DNA from: Chrysomallon squamiferum
Lineage: Eukaryota; Animalia; Mollusca
Direction of reading: 5' to 3'
DNA length: 64,000 nt
NCBI GenBank assembly: GCA_012295275.1
Contig: CM022672.1
Span: forward strand, 2,356,001-2,420,000
Shown piece after piece: positions 14,401-28,900 of this stretch; position 1 is the first letter of the stretch, and every line of letters starts with the position of its first letter. The position numbers and the translations under genes are program-made. The notes under the pieces were generated by a model that saw only the letters and a list, made by a program, of their open reading frames with translations, did not search any database and was not told the DNA's origin.

Positions 14401-14528
14401 TACCGCTCCAGTCATTTACAAGAAGAAGGTTTATCAAGGCTGTGGTATGTTCCTGTCTCTGGGAAGGTGCATGTAGGACTTGCCTTCCTGCTAAATATCG
14501 TGGCAACTATGTCTGTTGTTAAATAAAA
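14401..14528 (+). mobile_element. Decayed tRNA-derived SINE core (MetaSINE/MESC-like central domain)
   Basis: tatcaaggctgtggtatgttcctgtctctgggaaggtgcatgta...cttcctgctaa...gttaaataaaa resembles the recalled conserved domain AAAGGCCGTGGTATGTGCTATCCTGTCTGTGGGATGGTGCATATAAAAGATCCCTTGCTGCTAA. The family name is from memory. Confidence 0.55.
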
Positions 14529-16299
14529 AGTTATTAATTTTATAAACGCAACCGAACTCATATTAAATTATATTTTTTAAGACTTTCTTATTTCAGGAAA
14601 TGCATCGTATATATGTAAAATAAATTTCAAATAGATGTTAACTGAAAGTTCTTTCGAAAAACCAACATTTATGAACATTCGGTTACGATGATTTCAAAAA
14701 TACCACAATATATATATAATCATGTATTCCTCATTTTCTTTCTTCTTTCACATTTCCCTGCTTTCTTTAATTAATTGTTTGTTTCATTCGTTTTTACCAG
14801 ACAATCATAAATTGAAAAAACTAGATAGGGAACTCTCGAACGCTCTACACAGATCTGATCTAACACATTTGCATTCTGTATTCACTTCTATTTCAACTTT
14901 AAATCGCACTTGAACGGATGTACAATAAAACTATTTTTGAATTTGCTTGTCGGACAAAGCGCCAGTTGGCGTGGTACAAAGTGAGGGTATAACATTCCTG
15001 CATTCTAAGCGTTCAATTTACATACAAGTATTGAATATAAGTGCCACATGATCGGTACGTACGTGGATTTTTTTTTTTTTAGAGTGAAGAACAAAAAAAG
15101 TTCTTTTCTTCTCATTCTTTCCTTTTATTGGTTCTTTCAACATTTTTCTGCTTGACTTTTTAAAATTTAAATTTAATCTGGTATTGTTGCGCCATTCACA
15201 GGAAGTCGTAAATTTGTAATTTTTTTCCCCTGATTCTTTATCGTTCTCCCCTATAGGTGACATTATATATCTGTCAACATTTCTTACTGTCAGACTTTGC
15301 ATATAAATCTCTCTGTCTGTCTCTCTTTATTTCTCTTGTACGTTCGACTGTAGGAAAATATTCAGTACATTTGTATGTTTATGTACCTGATTATGATTAT
15401 GATTAAATAATAATAATAATAATAATAATAATTAAAAAAAGAAGAAGACAAAAATCACCATAAAATAAAAAATTAAAAATCAATAAAATCAATAAAATAA
15501 AATAAATAAAATAAAATAATTACAGCCAGTACATAAGAAAACAAACAGAGAAATAAATGTACTGTTATTTTTTAATTACTGTGGGTTAATTATAAAATGT
15601 TGGTCAATAAGTCGAAAGAAAGTTATTAACCTAAATTCCTTAATTCCAAATCTTAAGATATTAGTTCGAAAACAAATTTTTAAACCAGTTAATAATTGTA
15701 TGAAGTTCCTGAATTACAGTCTTTCCTTTATAGGAACAACACTCGTATTTAGTTTAATTGGCAAATTAATCACTTCTATATTAGCACTATCAGCTCTTGA
15801 TAACCTCGGCAAACGATTTCGGGAAACATCACAGAGATTGCTGATGGGGTTAGCGACGCTGTAATTACTGGACTAGTAAGCAAGGATTGTAGCAACAATT
15901 CTAATTAACAAAACAAAACAAAAAACCCTACATTCTCGAAATTAAGTCTTAATAAAAAAAAAGAGGCATAATGTCATTGCCTTGTGTTTGAAAATTATCA
16001 GCTTTCTCGACCATTCCCATTTAGTTGTGTGATAAATGGGAACATACCGTTGTACACTACAGTGAAGATATTCTGATGGCTGTCCACGATTTACGTGCTT
16101 CAGCTTTATCTTGACAGCAGAGACTGTCTGTTTGCTGAAGAGGGGCAGACTGGTTGATTAGCCCGAAATGTTAAGCAGATGTCCCAGTTTCTTCTTGCAC
16201 TGTCCCCAAATTTAGCCCCCCCCCCTTTTCCCCTCCTCCCCTAATGACCCCTGGGTCGGGCGACCCCGAGAAGCACTTACCTGAAGGTGAACTCACTGA

Positions 16300-16372
16300 T
16301 AAGTACTCGTGTCTTGGTGCGATCCTGGAACTGGCCAGGCTTAACTCCGATCACCTAACCACTGAGAGCTGC
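16300..16372 (-). mobile_element. Degenerate tRNA-like SINE head
   Basis: Minus strand reads gcagctctcagtggttaggtgatcggagttaagcctggccagttccaggatcgcacc, with an A-box-like TCAGTGGTTAGG and a degenerate B-box GGATCGCACC at tRNA-like spacing. No intact cloverleaf is visible. Confidence 0.4.
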
Positions 16373-16736
16373 ATGACGGTTTTAAATCAATCATCGTTAG
16401 CACGGTGACATCTTTAATTCGCTAATCAGTGTCAACGTAATAAATGTGTGCTGGAAAAACTACGTGTAGAACGCGACGCACAACGTATTATTAATAGGTC
16501 AGTCAACTGTTCACGGGACTGTGTAAAAACAACGCGATTACGTCTGTCTGCAAATATAGGGCGCCAAGCTACGCACAGTGATGCAAGGATTTAATTAATT
16601 ATATTGGTACTTTCTTTATTTTGCTTGCAGCGTTTCGAATAAGATACCCTTTTTGGTGGTTATATTTTCTTTTTCGATTGTTATTCGTTTTATATATATA
16701 TATATATATATATTTTGTTTTAGAAGAGATAGATAG

Positions 16737-16740
<4 letters not shown>

Positions 16741-16811
<71 letters not shown>
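16741..16811. repeat. (AG)n microsatellite
   Basis: Seen directly. Confidence 0.98.
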
Positions 16812-16816
<5 letters not shown>

Positions 16817-19800
16817 AATGGCACATGATCTTTTTTATGCTCTTTTAAACAAAAATTACAAAATTAAAGTTATGTTTTTAAAACTATGCTAAAAACCATT
16901 AAGATTCATTTATGATAAAATATTTTAAATCTACATGTGACTGAAATATGAAAAGTTGATCAATTACTTACTATTTTTTTTTTTTTTAAATGAATTTTTT
17001 CATGACACTAATTACATTCTGCAGGACATATATTTTAAAGAAGTGTCAAACATATATTTTATTTATGTCTATGAAAATTATACTTTGGACATAATGAATT
17101 AAAATTCAGTATAAGTGTTATAATAATACTGGCATAATCGATTTGTTAATAGTATAGAAAAAATACTAAAAATAAATATCATAATACAACAACAACAACA
17201 ACAACAACAACTACAACAATAATGATAATAATCTTTTCTTTCTCATGGATATTGGCGAACTGGCATATTTTTTATTAATTATATGTCCCTAGTTGATGCT
17301 GGATTATTACAGCTGCAGTTGTTGTCGTTATGCGTTATCTTCGACGTAGTTTTAGACTTCAATACTAATAGTCGTTGTTGTCGTTGTTGTTCTTATTTTT
17401 TTATTATAATATCAAGTCTGTTCATCTCTTACCATTTTAGTTCATAATCGTTTTGAACCTTGGACCTCAGAGTTAAATCGGCATGCAATTACCTTCTTAT
17501 GGTAAAAGAATAACAACATACTTGATCATAAATGGAGTTTATTCTTAATTTTGAAGAGCAGAAATGGACATTCTTCAAATACACTTGTAACAAATGTGCT
17601 GTCTTTACGAAACAGCTATTTTGTCGCGTCTTGTCCTTATGAACATGACAATTTATTTATTGTTACGATTGCGAAGCCATATGGATAATAACCTAATTTG
17701 GTTTGTGTAGTTAAGTATGATTTTGTTGTAATCTGTGGTAGTGGTAGTAGTAGTGTAATATAATCTATGTGTTATTGTACTTTATTATTTTAAGAATATG
17801 TGGTGGCATATAATATTGAGACTACTGGTGTTGAACGTAATAGTATATAAGAATATAAGATAGGAATGAGTTAGCGTATGCCTGATAATTTAAAACGATA
17901 ACAAGGTTTCCAATTATTCCTTTAAATTTTCCTAATTGCCTTTTGTTTTGTTGCCTTTCTCTTGTATATCTGTGTTGTAGTTTTTGTCTGTCTTTGCTTG
18001 TCTGTATTTTCGTAGAAGACAAACGCAGAAACAGTTAAATAAATTACTGCTTGCAACAAAGGAATTGCCTCACCTTTACTATTTAGACACAACACAGCTA
18101 ACCGTGTCGCCCAGTCATTTAAATAATAAAAGATGTACATTTTTAGAATGTATCTCTAACTGATGTTATTGTTATTTTGATGACGTCTCAAACAAAAGCT
18201 TGATAACACTAAGTAGGTTCTAATTCAGTAATCTCTCTTTTGACAGCCCTACTTATATATCCCACGGTGAGTCGAGGCCAATACCCGTGAAACTTTGTTG
18301 TCTTTTTTTTAATTATTAGATTAAAAAAAAAAGAAGAAAAAAAGAAGCTTTTTCGTAACGGAGTTATGGCGAGGTCGGGACAGTTATTATAGTGTTTCGG
18401 AGAAGAAAACACAATGATCTTTTTATGATAAACTTGTTTTGAAGTATAAGCGAAGTGAAGATCTGGTAAAAAAAAAAAGCCACTGTTTGCCTGCCTTGTT
18501 GTTGTATGTTAATTAGACTCTTGTTCACAGGAAACACCTACCGTCTGCCCGACACACGACTCTGCATTACAAAGCACATTCCGCGCATTTCGTTCATTCC
18601 CGGTGCGTGCTGCTCTGTTCCGGACTTGCGTCGCGGTTGTGAAATGTTGTTTTCGTGTGTTTTCCTCCCGAATCTCTGATACTCCGTTCTCTCGGTTTTA
18701 TCGATGCGTAGTTCGCGATCGGTATGCCTTCGGTATGCATTACGATAAGAAATTGACGTCATAAAACGGTTTAGTTGTATGTAGCGTAGACATTTTGCAA
18801 CATCATGCCACTTATACCTGTATAAGTTAATTATAACAGTTAATCCTATGTCTAAATAACACTCAATCGATGGCTGGAATTTGAGTATTTCATGAATATA
18901 GTTTGTAATTTCCATGAAATTAGAATTTTTAATTGATACACTATGACTGTTTAAAAAAAAAAAAAAAAAAAAAACGAAAAGATATATTAATAAAAAAAAA
19001 AATAAAAAAAAAAATAAAAAATAAAATAAAATATCTATAAAGATTACTTTTTAAATTATCATATTAAATTGATTACGATTTGAAATAGTATCCTCTTAAA
19101 AACCAGACTTTTTTTTTTTTTTTTTTAATTTTAAAAACAAAAAAAATTATTTTATTATTATTATTTTCTGGCGGATTAAATTTATTATATATATTAAATC
19201 AAATACCTTTCTATGAAATTAATTTTAATTTTGTCAAGCCAATTAAAAAACCAAAACAAAACAAAGTAATAAAAAAAAGGATTTTAAATTGAAATAACAG
19301 CAATTGACACATACGCACAAAATAAATAAATAACAAAAAATTAAATATTAAAAATTAATTTTATTATAATAAATTAAAAATAACAGAAGTAAATAGGCCT
19401 TATATAAAAATAAATAAATAAATGAATTTACTGTTTATGAATTACACTTTTAAAGCGAAGTACCTTATCAATAACATCAATTCATAGACAGAATAATTAT
19501 TATCATGACTCTTACTATTACTATTAATTATTATTATTATTCATCGTTTGACTGTTTAATACTAGCTGCACCAAAACTATTAGAAAGAAAACCTAAAACA
19601 AAAACAAACAAAACAATACAAGCAAAAACGGGCTAATATGAAATCAGTACATCTTCTTTGTGTTAATCGGATACACGTACGAACTGCGAACGAAATAAGC
19701 GCCGGAAAAATTCAAGATGATTTTTTTTTTTTTTTTTTCTTGGTGGGCGTGGAAAGACGATCAAGTGACAGGCCACTGAATACATTATGTAAAATACAAA

Positions 19801-20137
19801 AAGACGAGCTTTTCTGACTATAGATATTGTCGCTTCGCTGCTCCGTCAGAGGTGGAAGATTGTCGTAGTGCTCGGATTAAAAAAAAAAAGAAAGAAAAAA
19901 GACTGGCATGTAGTCGACTGCGGTCGCGGAATGCGTGAAGCCACGGTGAACTGTTTAACAAACTTTTAGGGTTTCGTCTATTCGAAGGAATGGGACAAAA
20001 TGCTAGTATGCGATGAGATACGAATGAGGATTAGCTATTTTTCATTTAAGTCGTTGCTAAAGTCAAGACGCTGGATATATATGTTTGGGGGGTAAGTTGA
20101 TGAGTTGTTGTTAGTTCTGCCTTTGTAGCCTCACTTT

Positions 20138-20172
<35 letters not shown>

Positions 20173-20949
20173 GTTAGTTAGTTATTTAGTTTATATTATG
20201 TGTCTCATGAGTTTCGATTTTTTGTAAAAATTAATAGCGTTTCTTTTTCAGATTAGATTACTAACAGAACCAAATCGATGTTGATAATACTTTTTCAGAA
20301 TCTATACTGTTGTGTTGTTAGCATATATTTTTTAATGTTGAATAAATAGTAATACTTTACTAAATTATTCTGTACTGATGTTGTACGTTTACAACAGAAT
20401 TTGTTTGACTAAGAGAGAATCTTCAAATGAATATTTTTAAAGAATCATGTTACATATATATATGTGTGTGTATGTGTATGTGTGCGTGCGTGCGTACGGT
20501 GCAGTAAAAGCCTTTCATGGGTTTTCACTCGATCACAAGAATAAGTGAGTCTAAAAGATGTTTCTGACAATAAAAAGTAATTACTGCGTTAACAGTCGGT
20601 GAACTCGGACACCCATGAACAGTTAGTTATTCGATAACATGCGTATCCTAATTCCGAAGTAATGATGATACTGGGTGTGTTTTCTTGTTATTGTTTCTTT
20701 TCTTCTTGTTTTTTTCTTCTGTTTTCTTTTCTTTCTTGAAACTGGAGTATGTCCTTATTCGTGACAGTAAACCTAAATTCTTATATCTGCATCAGAATGC
20801 CAGATAATCTTCCGCAGTACAGAGAAACGGAAAGACAGATGCATTTCTACGAAATGTAAACCGATCTGTTGTCAGTGGTAAATGACCTGCACTAATTGAC
20901 CGTAGAGTAGGCCTGTAGTTTTATCTATTTATAAAACAAAGAGCCACCT

Positions 20950-21280
20950 ACATATACACCTACATGCATATCAACATATATACATATATACATACATGCA
21001 TACACACATACTACATGCAGTATACACACACAGTACATACACACACACAACACATATACACATACACACGCATATATATACATAGATATACACATACATA
21101 CACACACCAACAAACATCTACACACAAACTTATGTAAATACGTTCTTACATATACATACACTATACACATAAAATATATACACTACTACTATTCGTACTA
21201 CTACTACTACTACTACTACTACTAATACCACTACCACTACTACTACCACCACCACCACCACCACTACTACTACTACTACC
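20950..21280. repeat. Degenerate (CA/TACA)n followed by (ACT/ACC)n
   Basis: Seen directly. Confidence 0.85.
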
Positions 21281-23756
21281 TTTATTGGAAGAAAAAAAAA
21301 AAAAAAAAAAAAAGATACATGACAGTGAAAAGAAAACCATCCTGCAAGGAAAACCGACCCAGCGGCACGTTATAACATTACAGTGAAATACAGGATTCAC
21401 ACCTATTCCTTGCTTGCACGTATTTTATTGTAGCGCTGTTCTTTTATGCCGTGAATTCCCTGATGATATCTGACATTGATGGAGTATTTTTCTTGTGTCA
21501 TGTAATTGTTTGTTCCCGACTGAAATTAAATTGGATCTGCGTACTTGTCTTGTTTGCATTTTGAGGCCATGCCCGAAGCAACTGCCGCCCTATCTAGGAT
21601 TTATTTTTATATTTTTTTTATTTTAAATAATGATATGGGTAGTAAAAATTATGTCATTCAGTGTATTTGTTACCATATCTTATAATTCAGTTAATTAAGT
21701 CGATTGACACCGTTTTATTTTCTATCAGTCAGTATGTTTCCTCTTTCTTTCAGAATAATAATATTAATTAATTAATTAACACAAAATGATAATAAATAAT
21801 AAAACATATGTTTAATAACATCTGAACACAGAGAAAGCAGTCTTTACAGTAATTTACGATATACCCGACATACGTGCTCTAGTTAGAACGTTGAAATATA
21901 TAACTAGATACAACGATGACAAATCAAAAAATATCTGACTGCGCAGGCGAACGTCCTAACTTTTATACACTTAAGAAAATACGACTTATGTTAAAATGTA
22001 TTACCATAAATATGAAAACAGTGCATTACGGTATAGGCGGTATTAATAACAGGATTATCAGTGATACCCTGCTTACGAATGAAAATACTGACATAAGAAA
22101 GGTACCTTTAATGTTTTGGGATTTATCTGGCACGAGCTTAGTAAGTAAACATTTACCTTGGCCGAACACCCGACGACACAGACCGAAGACATGTAACCTG
22201 GTCACATTTTAACTTTGAACTGGTTTTAAGATTAACATCTGATGCAGCATCGTCTTTGTGCAGGCAGCGGGATTAAAATACTGCACTGAGATGACTAGTA
22301 ACTTCTGCACTGTCACGAAAACAGCAACCACGACATCAGGACAGCTACGATAATAACCTGGACCATAGCATCAGCGACATCAAAAGTATATTTAACAATG
22401 AAAGTGCAGTGCATATTTATGCATCCTGCATTTTAACTATTCTGCCTTCTTGATAATTTACTGCTTCTGAACTACAGGAAAAACCTTTATCTTAGAGTAA
22501 GAGCTAATAAATACTGCTTTCTCTCATGAATATTAATAAGGACATTCGAGATTAGTCGGTGTGTGTGGCCTTGCATTTTAAGTAAATGAAACTGAAGGTA
22601 CACATACCTATGTCAGACATTGGTACATGGACATGGTTATAATCTTTTTCACTTCTATTTCCGCCAGTAACTTTTTGCGTGGACACAACTACCGACCACC
22701 CAAGTTCCCTCGGGTCAGGAACTGTGTGTGTGTGTCTGTCTGTCGGTATAAGTCAGGTCTGCTGGTTATAGGCAGTTCTGGCGCTGATCATTTTCTTAAC
22801 GGCAGCGGAAATCGTAAAGCTGTTCAATGACCATATTGAAAAGACAAATGGTTTGAAAATGTACACAAGTTAATTACATTCGCGCTCGGGTCAGTTTAGT
22901 TGTGTCTACTGCTGGAGAAATGGTCTTGATGTTTCTACGTCCACCGTGGCCAATTGCATCAATAGCCAAGTTAAATATTTGACCAGTTGCCGAGTGAATG
23001 GATAGGTTTACCTTTCAGCTAGAAACAAGATTTGTTAGTCTTCGAGATATCCTACTTGATTAAACAACAAACAAAGTTTAATACTGCACTTGAACTGTTG
23101 TTTTGTTTTTGTTTTGGATTTTTTGAACTAATCAATCAGTGGTGATGAATAAACAAAATCCATTTATATGTAAAAAAGGAATCGTAAAGTTCTAATTTGT
23201 TCAAATATGTTTTGAAAACTCTCACAATCAAACAAAAATGAAACACTCAATCAACAAGCCAAAAGAAGAACAACAACAACAAAAAACAAAACAATAAAAA
23301 AAAAAAGCAACAAAAAAAAAACAACAACAACAAGCAAACAAAACAAACTAAATCTCATAAATAAATAAATAAATAAAGCAAAGTATTAGTATTTAATTGT
23401 TTATATGACATAATCACCTGTCATGAACTGTATATTGTCCTAATCATGATGACCATACAATTTCTCGATTTTAGACATACAGTAGTAATTTTTTACAGCT
23501 TTTCACTGAAATCCATCAAAATCCTTTCTGTTATTGTTCTCTCAAGATGTCCAGTAAACTGAGGCAGTATCATTAAAAAGTTGTTTATAATAATTATTTT
23601 CTGTCCTTTTGCTGATGAAAATTTGTAGATGTCTTAGGTTTCTATTTTTGATTTTTTATTAATGAATTTTTCTTTTTTTTTAATTTCTATAAATATTTTC
23701 ATTCTGAGTACAGGTTTTTTTAATTTAAATATATTATTTTTCTGTTTTCCTTTCAG

Positions 23757-23817
23757 GTTGTTGACGCTGCTGCTCATTCTACTGTTGGGTTTCTTAGGTG
23801 CAAACGTTGCATCCGCA
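23757..23817 (+). CDS. FGF8/17/18: FGF coding exon 2, hydrophobic signal peptide core (R)LLTLLLILLLGFLGANVASA
   Basis: Polypyrimidine acceptor ttttctgttttcctttcag|G and donor GCA|GTAAGT. Leu-rich h-region ends in an A-S-A signal peptidase motif exactly at the exon end. Confidence 0.85.
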
Positions 23818-25749
23818 GTAAGTAAATTTCAGTATTATTTTACAACTCTCATTTATGAAGCTATACTTTAAATTCCCTTTTCCCTCCATTTTGCATCCCT
23901 TAATCATCTTGTTTTTAGCACTTCCTTCGTTATCTTCATTTCTTTGAATTTTGTTTGACTCTTTCACTGTTTTCATTTCAGTGAGGTTTAAGTCGTTGGT
24001 TTTGTTTTCTACACATCTGTCTATATTTATTATTTTTTATTTTAAAACTCTTTATAACTATTCTGTTCAGCTGAATGGAATAGGCTGTCTAGTTTTGACT
24101 GTAAGGGAACTTGTCAAAATTGTTTTCAAAATTGGAAACATTTATTAAAAAAAGAAAAAAGAAAAGAAAAGAAAAGAAAAGAATAAAAAAAAAAGTAAGA
24201 AAAGATTTATTTGGGAGACGTTATCATTAATTTTAAAACCACCCAGCAAACAGAATGTCAACGACTTTTACAACAACGCTTTTTATTATTATTCAACTGA
24301 CTCTTTCCACTGGGGGGCTTTCTGAATAAAAGCTTCGACATCGCAAACAAGAACAATATTTAGCAAACTGACATGTTCCGTTTACACACCTCGGCAAAAA
24401 GCTTGGAAATTGAGAACGCATGCCCCTTGGCTTAATAGGATTTAGTCTGATGTCAAACCACAGTTTGTTTTAAACATGGGAGGTACGTATTGTTAAGAAA
24501 AGGACGCGTGCCCGTAAGAGCTGTCGTAAAATAATAAATAACTAATTTTTCAATCTCCAGTTTCGCCACCTTCCACATCATCCGTGAGGTGGTTGCTTGT
24601 TATAATGTACGCTTTGAGGCGTCACAGGTCTTGGGATCAATTCTAAGCAGAAACTTATATATATATTTTTTTATGATATTGTGAATCTAGAAATCTCTTT
24701 ACGATTTTAACCGTTGGTAAAAGTAAGAAAGCAAGAAAGATAGAATAAATAAAAAAAGAAAGAAAGAAAGATAGAAAGAAAGAAAGAAAGAAGAAATTAG
24801 ATGTAATAATAAAAATACTTTCAACACACTCACTCACTCACACGCACATACAATCACTCACATAAACGTACGCACAAACACATACATACACGTACACACT
24901 ACATTATGATAATGTTGGTATTTCTAAGCATTCGGTTGTGTACAAAAATACACAGATACGCAGACACCAACTTATCTTCGCTCGTACAGATTCCCAGAGC
25001 CTCAGCAGAATAAAAAAAAAAAAAAAAAAAATCGCAGTCCAGACACGAGGAGAGAGGTCAAAAGAATAGATTTCGCTTTATGCTTTGTCATACGAAATCG
25101 CTACGAAATATAATTACCCAATGCAGTCTTCATTTACATATGTTTTTTTTCTTTCTACACCGCGTTTCGTTCATGTGTTACTAATTTCATAATCCGCGTA
25201 CACCTATCCTGAATGCCATTACGGAACATAAATTATAAATTTGCGAAGCTGAAGGTAATGACGAATGAAAAGTATGGTCTAGCATTTAAAAAAAAATATA
25301 TATATGTCTATATATGTACTGCACACCTCATGTTAAAGCAGTTTCTATCTCTGAGTGTATCTAATAGCAAATACCCATGCTATTCATAAGCTAGAATGAC
25401 GTATAACTGAACTTGTTTGGTTTTATTCAAGCAGGCAAGTCGATGAAGTAATGAAGATAAATACATTATGTCAAAGGGTTCGAATTGCTTAGTCATCACA
25501 ATGTTGTTACAAGAAAGACATAAAACGATAAATAAAAATGAATATTAACATACATGTGTACACACCGAAACAACGACTTTTATAAGTTATATTTCAATGA
25601 ACGTATATGTTAATGGACATATAAAAGTGCACTGAATACACGCATGCATGCATAAATATAATTACAGAATGTTCCATACGGACCTACGATAAACAAGAAA
25701 AAAGAAATAAACATACAAACATATAATGTGTATAATTACTTAAGTACGT

Positions 25750-25925
25750 ACATGCATACATACATCCATACATACAAATGTACGTACATACATACATACT
25801 ACATACATACATACATATATAGATACATAGATACATACATACATACATACATACATACATACATACATACATACATACATACAGACACACACAAATGCAT
25901 GCATATACAAACATACATACATAGA
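25750..25925. repeat. (TACA)n microsatellite
   Basis: Seen directly. Confidence 0.93.
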
Positions 25926-28900
25926 GAGAAACCAGTGTTACATTCAAATGTACTTCATGTACAGAGCTCATGCACACACAAACACAGTTCAAGCTTTCTT
26001 ACTTGTTTACATTATACGTGACACATTCGTTTAAAAACATATAAAAAAAACAAAAACAATGCACAGTTTGTTTATTTACATTAGCAGTATTAAAAACATA
26101 TCAGGACTGATTCGATTAACATCCGACAACAGATATAAGAGAATTAAATTAAAAGATAGCATATTTCTTTTTTCTTTTTTTTTATCTCAAATAAAAACGC
26201 TATCTTTTTTTTCTTCTTACTTTTTGGGTTGTTTTGTTGGCTATTCGCGTATCATGCACAGAACAATGTGAAAAACAACACAGTGTGTGTTATTAAACAC
26301 TGCTGGTCGGACGCTGACCCTTGTTGCTTTTATCTTCGTTGGTGAAAGTTCGCAGTTTGCACTCCAATTGTGCGTCTTGCCAGCCAGATAACATCTAGGT
26401 TAGGTCAATATTTATTTGCTCATATTAATCAAACTTTTCTTCCTTGTTTACTTGCATGGACGAATCGTCAATTAACACTGTACTGCGGCTTCACATCACA
26501 TCTTTGCCCTCGAGTGTCAATATCATGTAGATCCACGTTGTGTTCTTTTGTTTTGTTTACAATCGACAGGCTTAAAAAAAGGGTTTTCATTTGCCAAGAT
26601 CGGAATGATACATACGTAATATCTATACAAAACAAGAAATGAAATATCCTGTCTCTTTTTCTATTACTATTATTACTATCCCTGCTACAGTTACGACTAC
26701 TGCTGATACTACTACTTCTATGTATCAACAACATCATCAACAACAACAACAATAACTACTACTACTACTACTTATTCTGCTTCTGATACTCTAATACTGC
26801 CACTACAATTTTCATAGAAATTCAGAAAGATATAAGAAATAAAACACATGGATAGGCAGATGGACAGGCAGATGGACAGGCAGTCGGATAGAGATAGACA
26901 GAAAGACATATAGACAGAAAGACATATAGATAGATAAACAGAGATAGATAGATAGACAGACAGATAGATAATTGATAACACTATCAGGTATTCAAACGCT
27001 ATATGTTGTGTTGTCTTACTTTAAGTGACAGCCTTGATCATAATCCATTTATCTGGCACTTTGTTGATAAAATGTAAATAACCAGCGACTGGCCCCAAGC
27101 AGCAACTTGACAAAGCCACGGAATTCCTTATTCCTAAGGATATTAGCTTTTAATTTCCAAGTAAACCCGCAAGCCTTGTTTGTTTCCTTGTTGTGATCAT
27201 GCGACATCGTAACTGATTTGATTTGCAACAGTTACATAGCAATCAGCTTAGCGGTTGTTACACTGTGATGTTTTGTTTCAGACATTTATGCCCCAGATTG
27301 AAGCTAATTAATTGCTGTGGGCATCAGTATATGGTGTTTGTCAATTATCAAACCCTACAACGTTAAGAGTTCGTCAGATAAATAACAAGAGAAATGCAAC
27401 AATGAAAAGTCTTTACTAAATAGAGAAAAATACAAAAATACAAATACAAATAAGAGCTTAAAAATAAATAAATAAAGAAACAACAGACCAAAAACAAACC
27501 CGAAACAAAACAAAGCACACAAAGAGATACATAAAAAAAAAAAAAAAAAAAAATGTGCAAACATCTTTGTCAGCAGAAACAGAATTTCCATTTCATACAA
27601 AAGAAATGATCAACACGACTGTGTCTGTCCTTGAAGACTATAATTCACAGAGCTGGGGTGTTACCAGCCATATTATAACGTCATAGACAGGTAATTCGCA
27701 CGTCTAGCAAAACACCTGTGCTATCATTTAAAGTAGATCAATGCAAAGTTTTTTCTCTCGCCTATCAAACACAATGTTGTCTGCGAAACAGGAAAGTAAG
27801 TTAAAACTATCTCGCGTAAATCTTTCACTCTAAGATCTTCCAGTTTTGAAATTTTTGAAATATTTTTTATCACCTACGTTGAGAATGCAATTTGTCCTTG
27901 TATATATCTTATACCAAAATATTACTAATTCTAGTTATATTTATTTTATAATGATGATGATGATGATGATGATGATGATAATTATTATTTATTATAATCG
28001 TGATAATGATTATTATTGTTGCCATCATCATGTAACTTTAATAATAATAAGTAACAAAGATAGTAAAAGATGTAGTAATATCTAAAATATAATAGCAGTA
28101 AAAATGATAGTAATATTGTAATAATATTAGTAGAAACAGTTGTATTTTTACACTACTTGCAATCGTAATAGTAGTTGCGTCAGCAGTCCTGGTAGAAAGA
28201 CAACTAAAAATACTGATATTTGTTACTTTTTATTATTTTTTTTTTTACATGTAATTTAATTTACAATATTAAAATCTTTCTGCCTTTCACACGAACAAAG
28301 TCCTCTGGTTAAAAATTCTCATACAATCACCGACTGAAGATCATGTAAAGATACTGTGACCTAAATATGCAACAAAGTGTCACTATCTGTAGACATAAAC
28401 TAACATTAAAATCACATTTCTTCACAAACGATGACAGTCCCGTCTTTTCATTCTGGATACTCTTTGCAACACACCAGTCTCAAACTCTTTATGACACTTG
28501 AAAATTGCTCTTGCGTTAATTAGGTGGGGGATTCAATTGAAGACACAGTGTGCATACTGTGAAGGAGAATTGAGGGGTAAATAAAAAAAAAGGGCAGCTT
28601 GACACGAGAGGGGCTCGGCAAACCGAGGTAGTCTTCGAGATTAAAATCTCTTCTTCTGCCATTGACCAAGTCTCGGTGATTCTTCCATTATATGGGGATT
28701 AGCCTCGCAACAAGAGGAGAAAGACTTCGCTCAGTGTTTGCCCTTTGATGTGTCTGTCATCATCGAGCTGAACCAGTTTCTGTGAATTTATAATAAAAGT
28801 GTCTCCCTTTTAACCGAATGTCATGCTGAAGGTTTGATTGTTTAATTCAGTTCGACGTATTTTCCAGAAACGGATTTTTAAAAATAGCTTAGAGAAATTT

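Noticed and set aside
18538-18915. 125-aa minus-strand ORF in intron 1
   Set aside because: No recognisable domain or convincing splice context. It is probably a chance ORF over a GC-richer island.
24585-24652. Possible tRNA gene or tRNA-like sequence
   Set aside because: Only a vague A/B-box resemblance and no cloverleaf. At most a very decayed SINE head.
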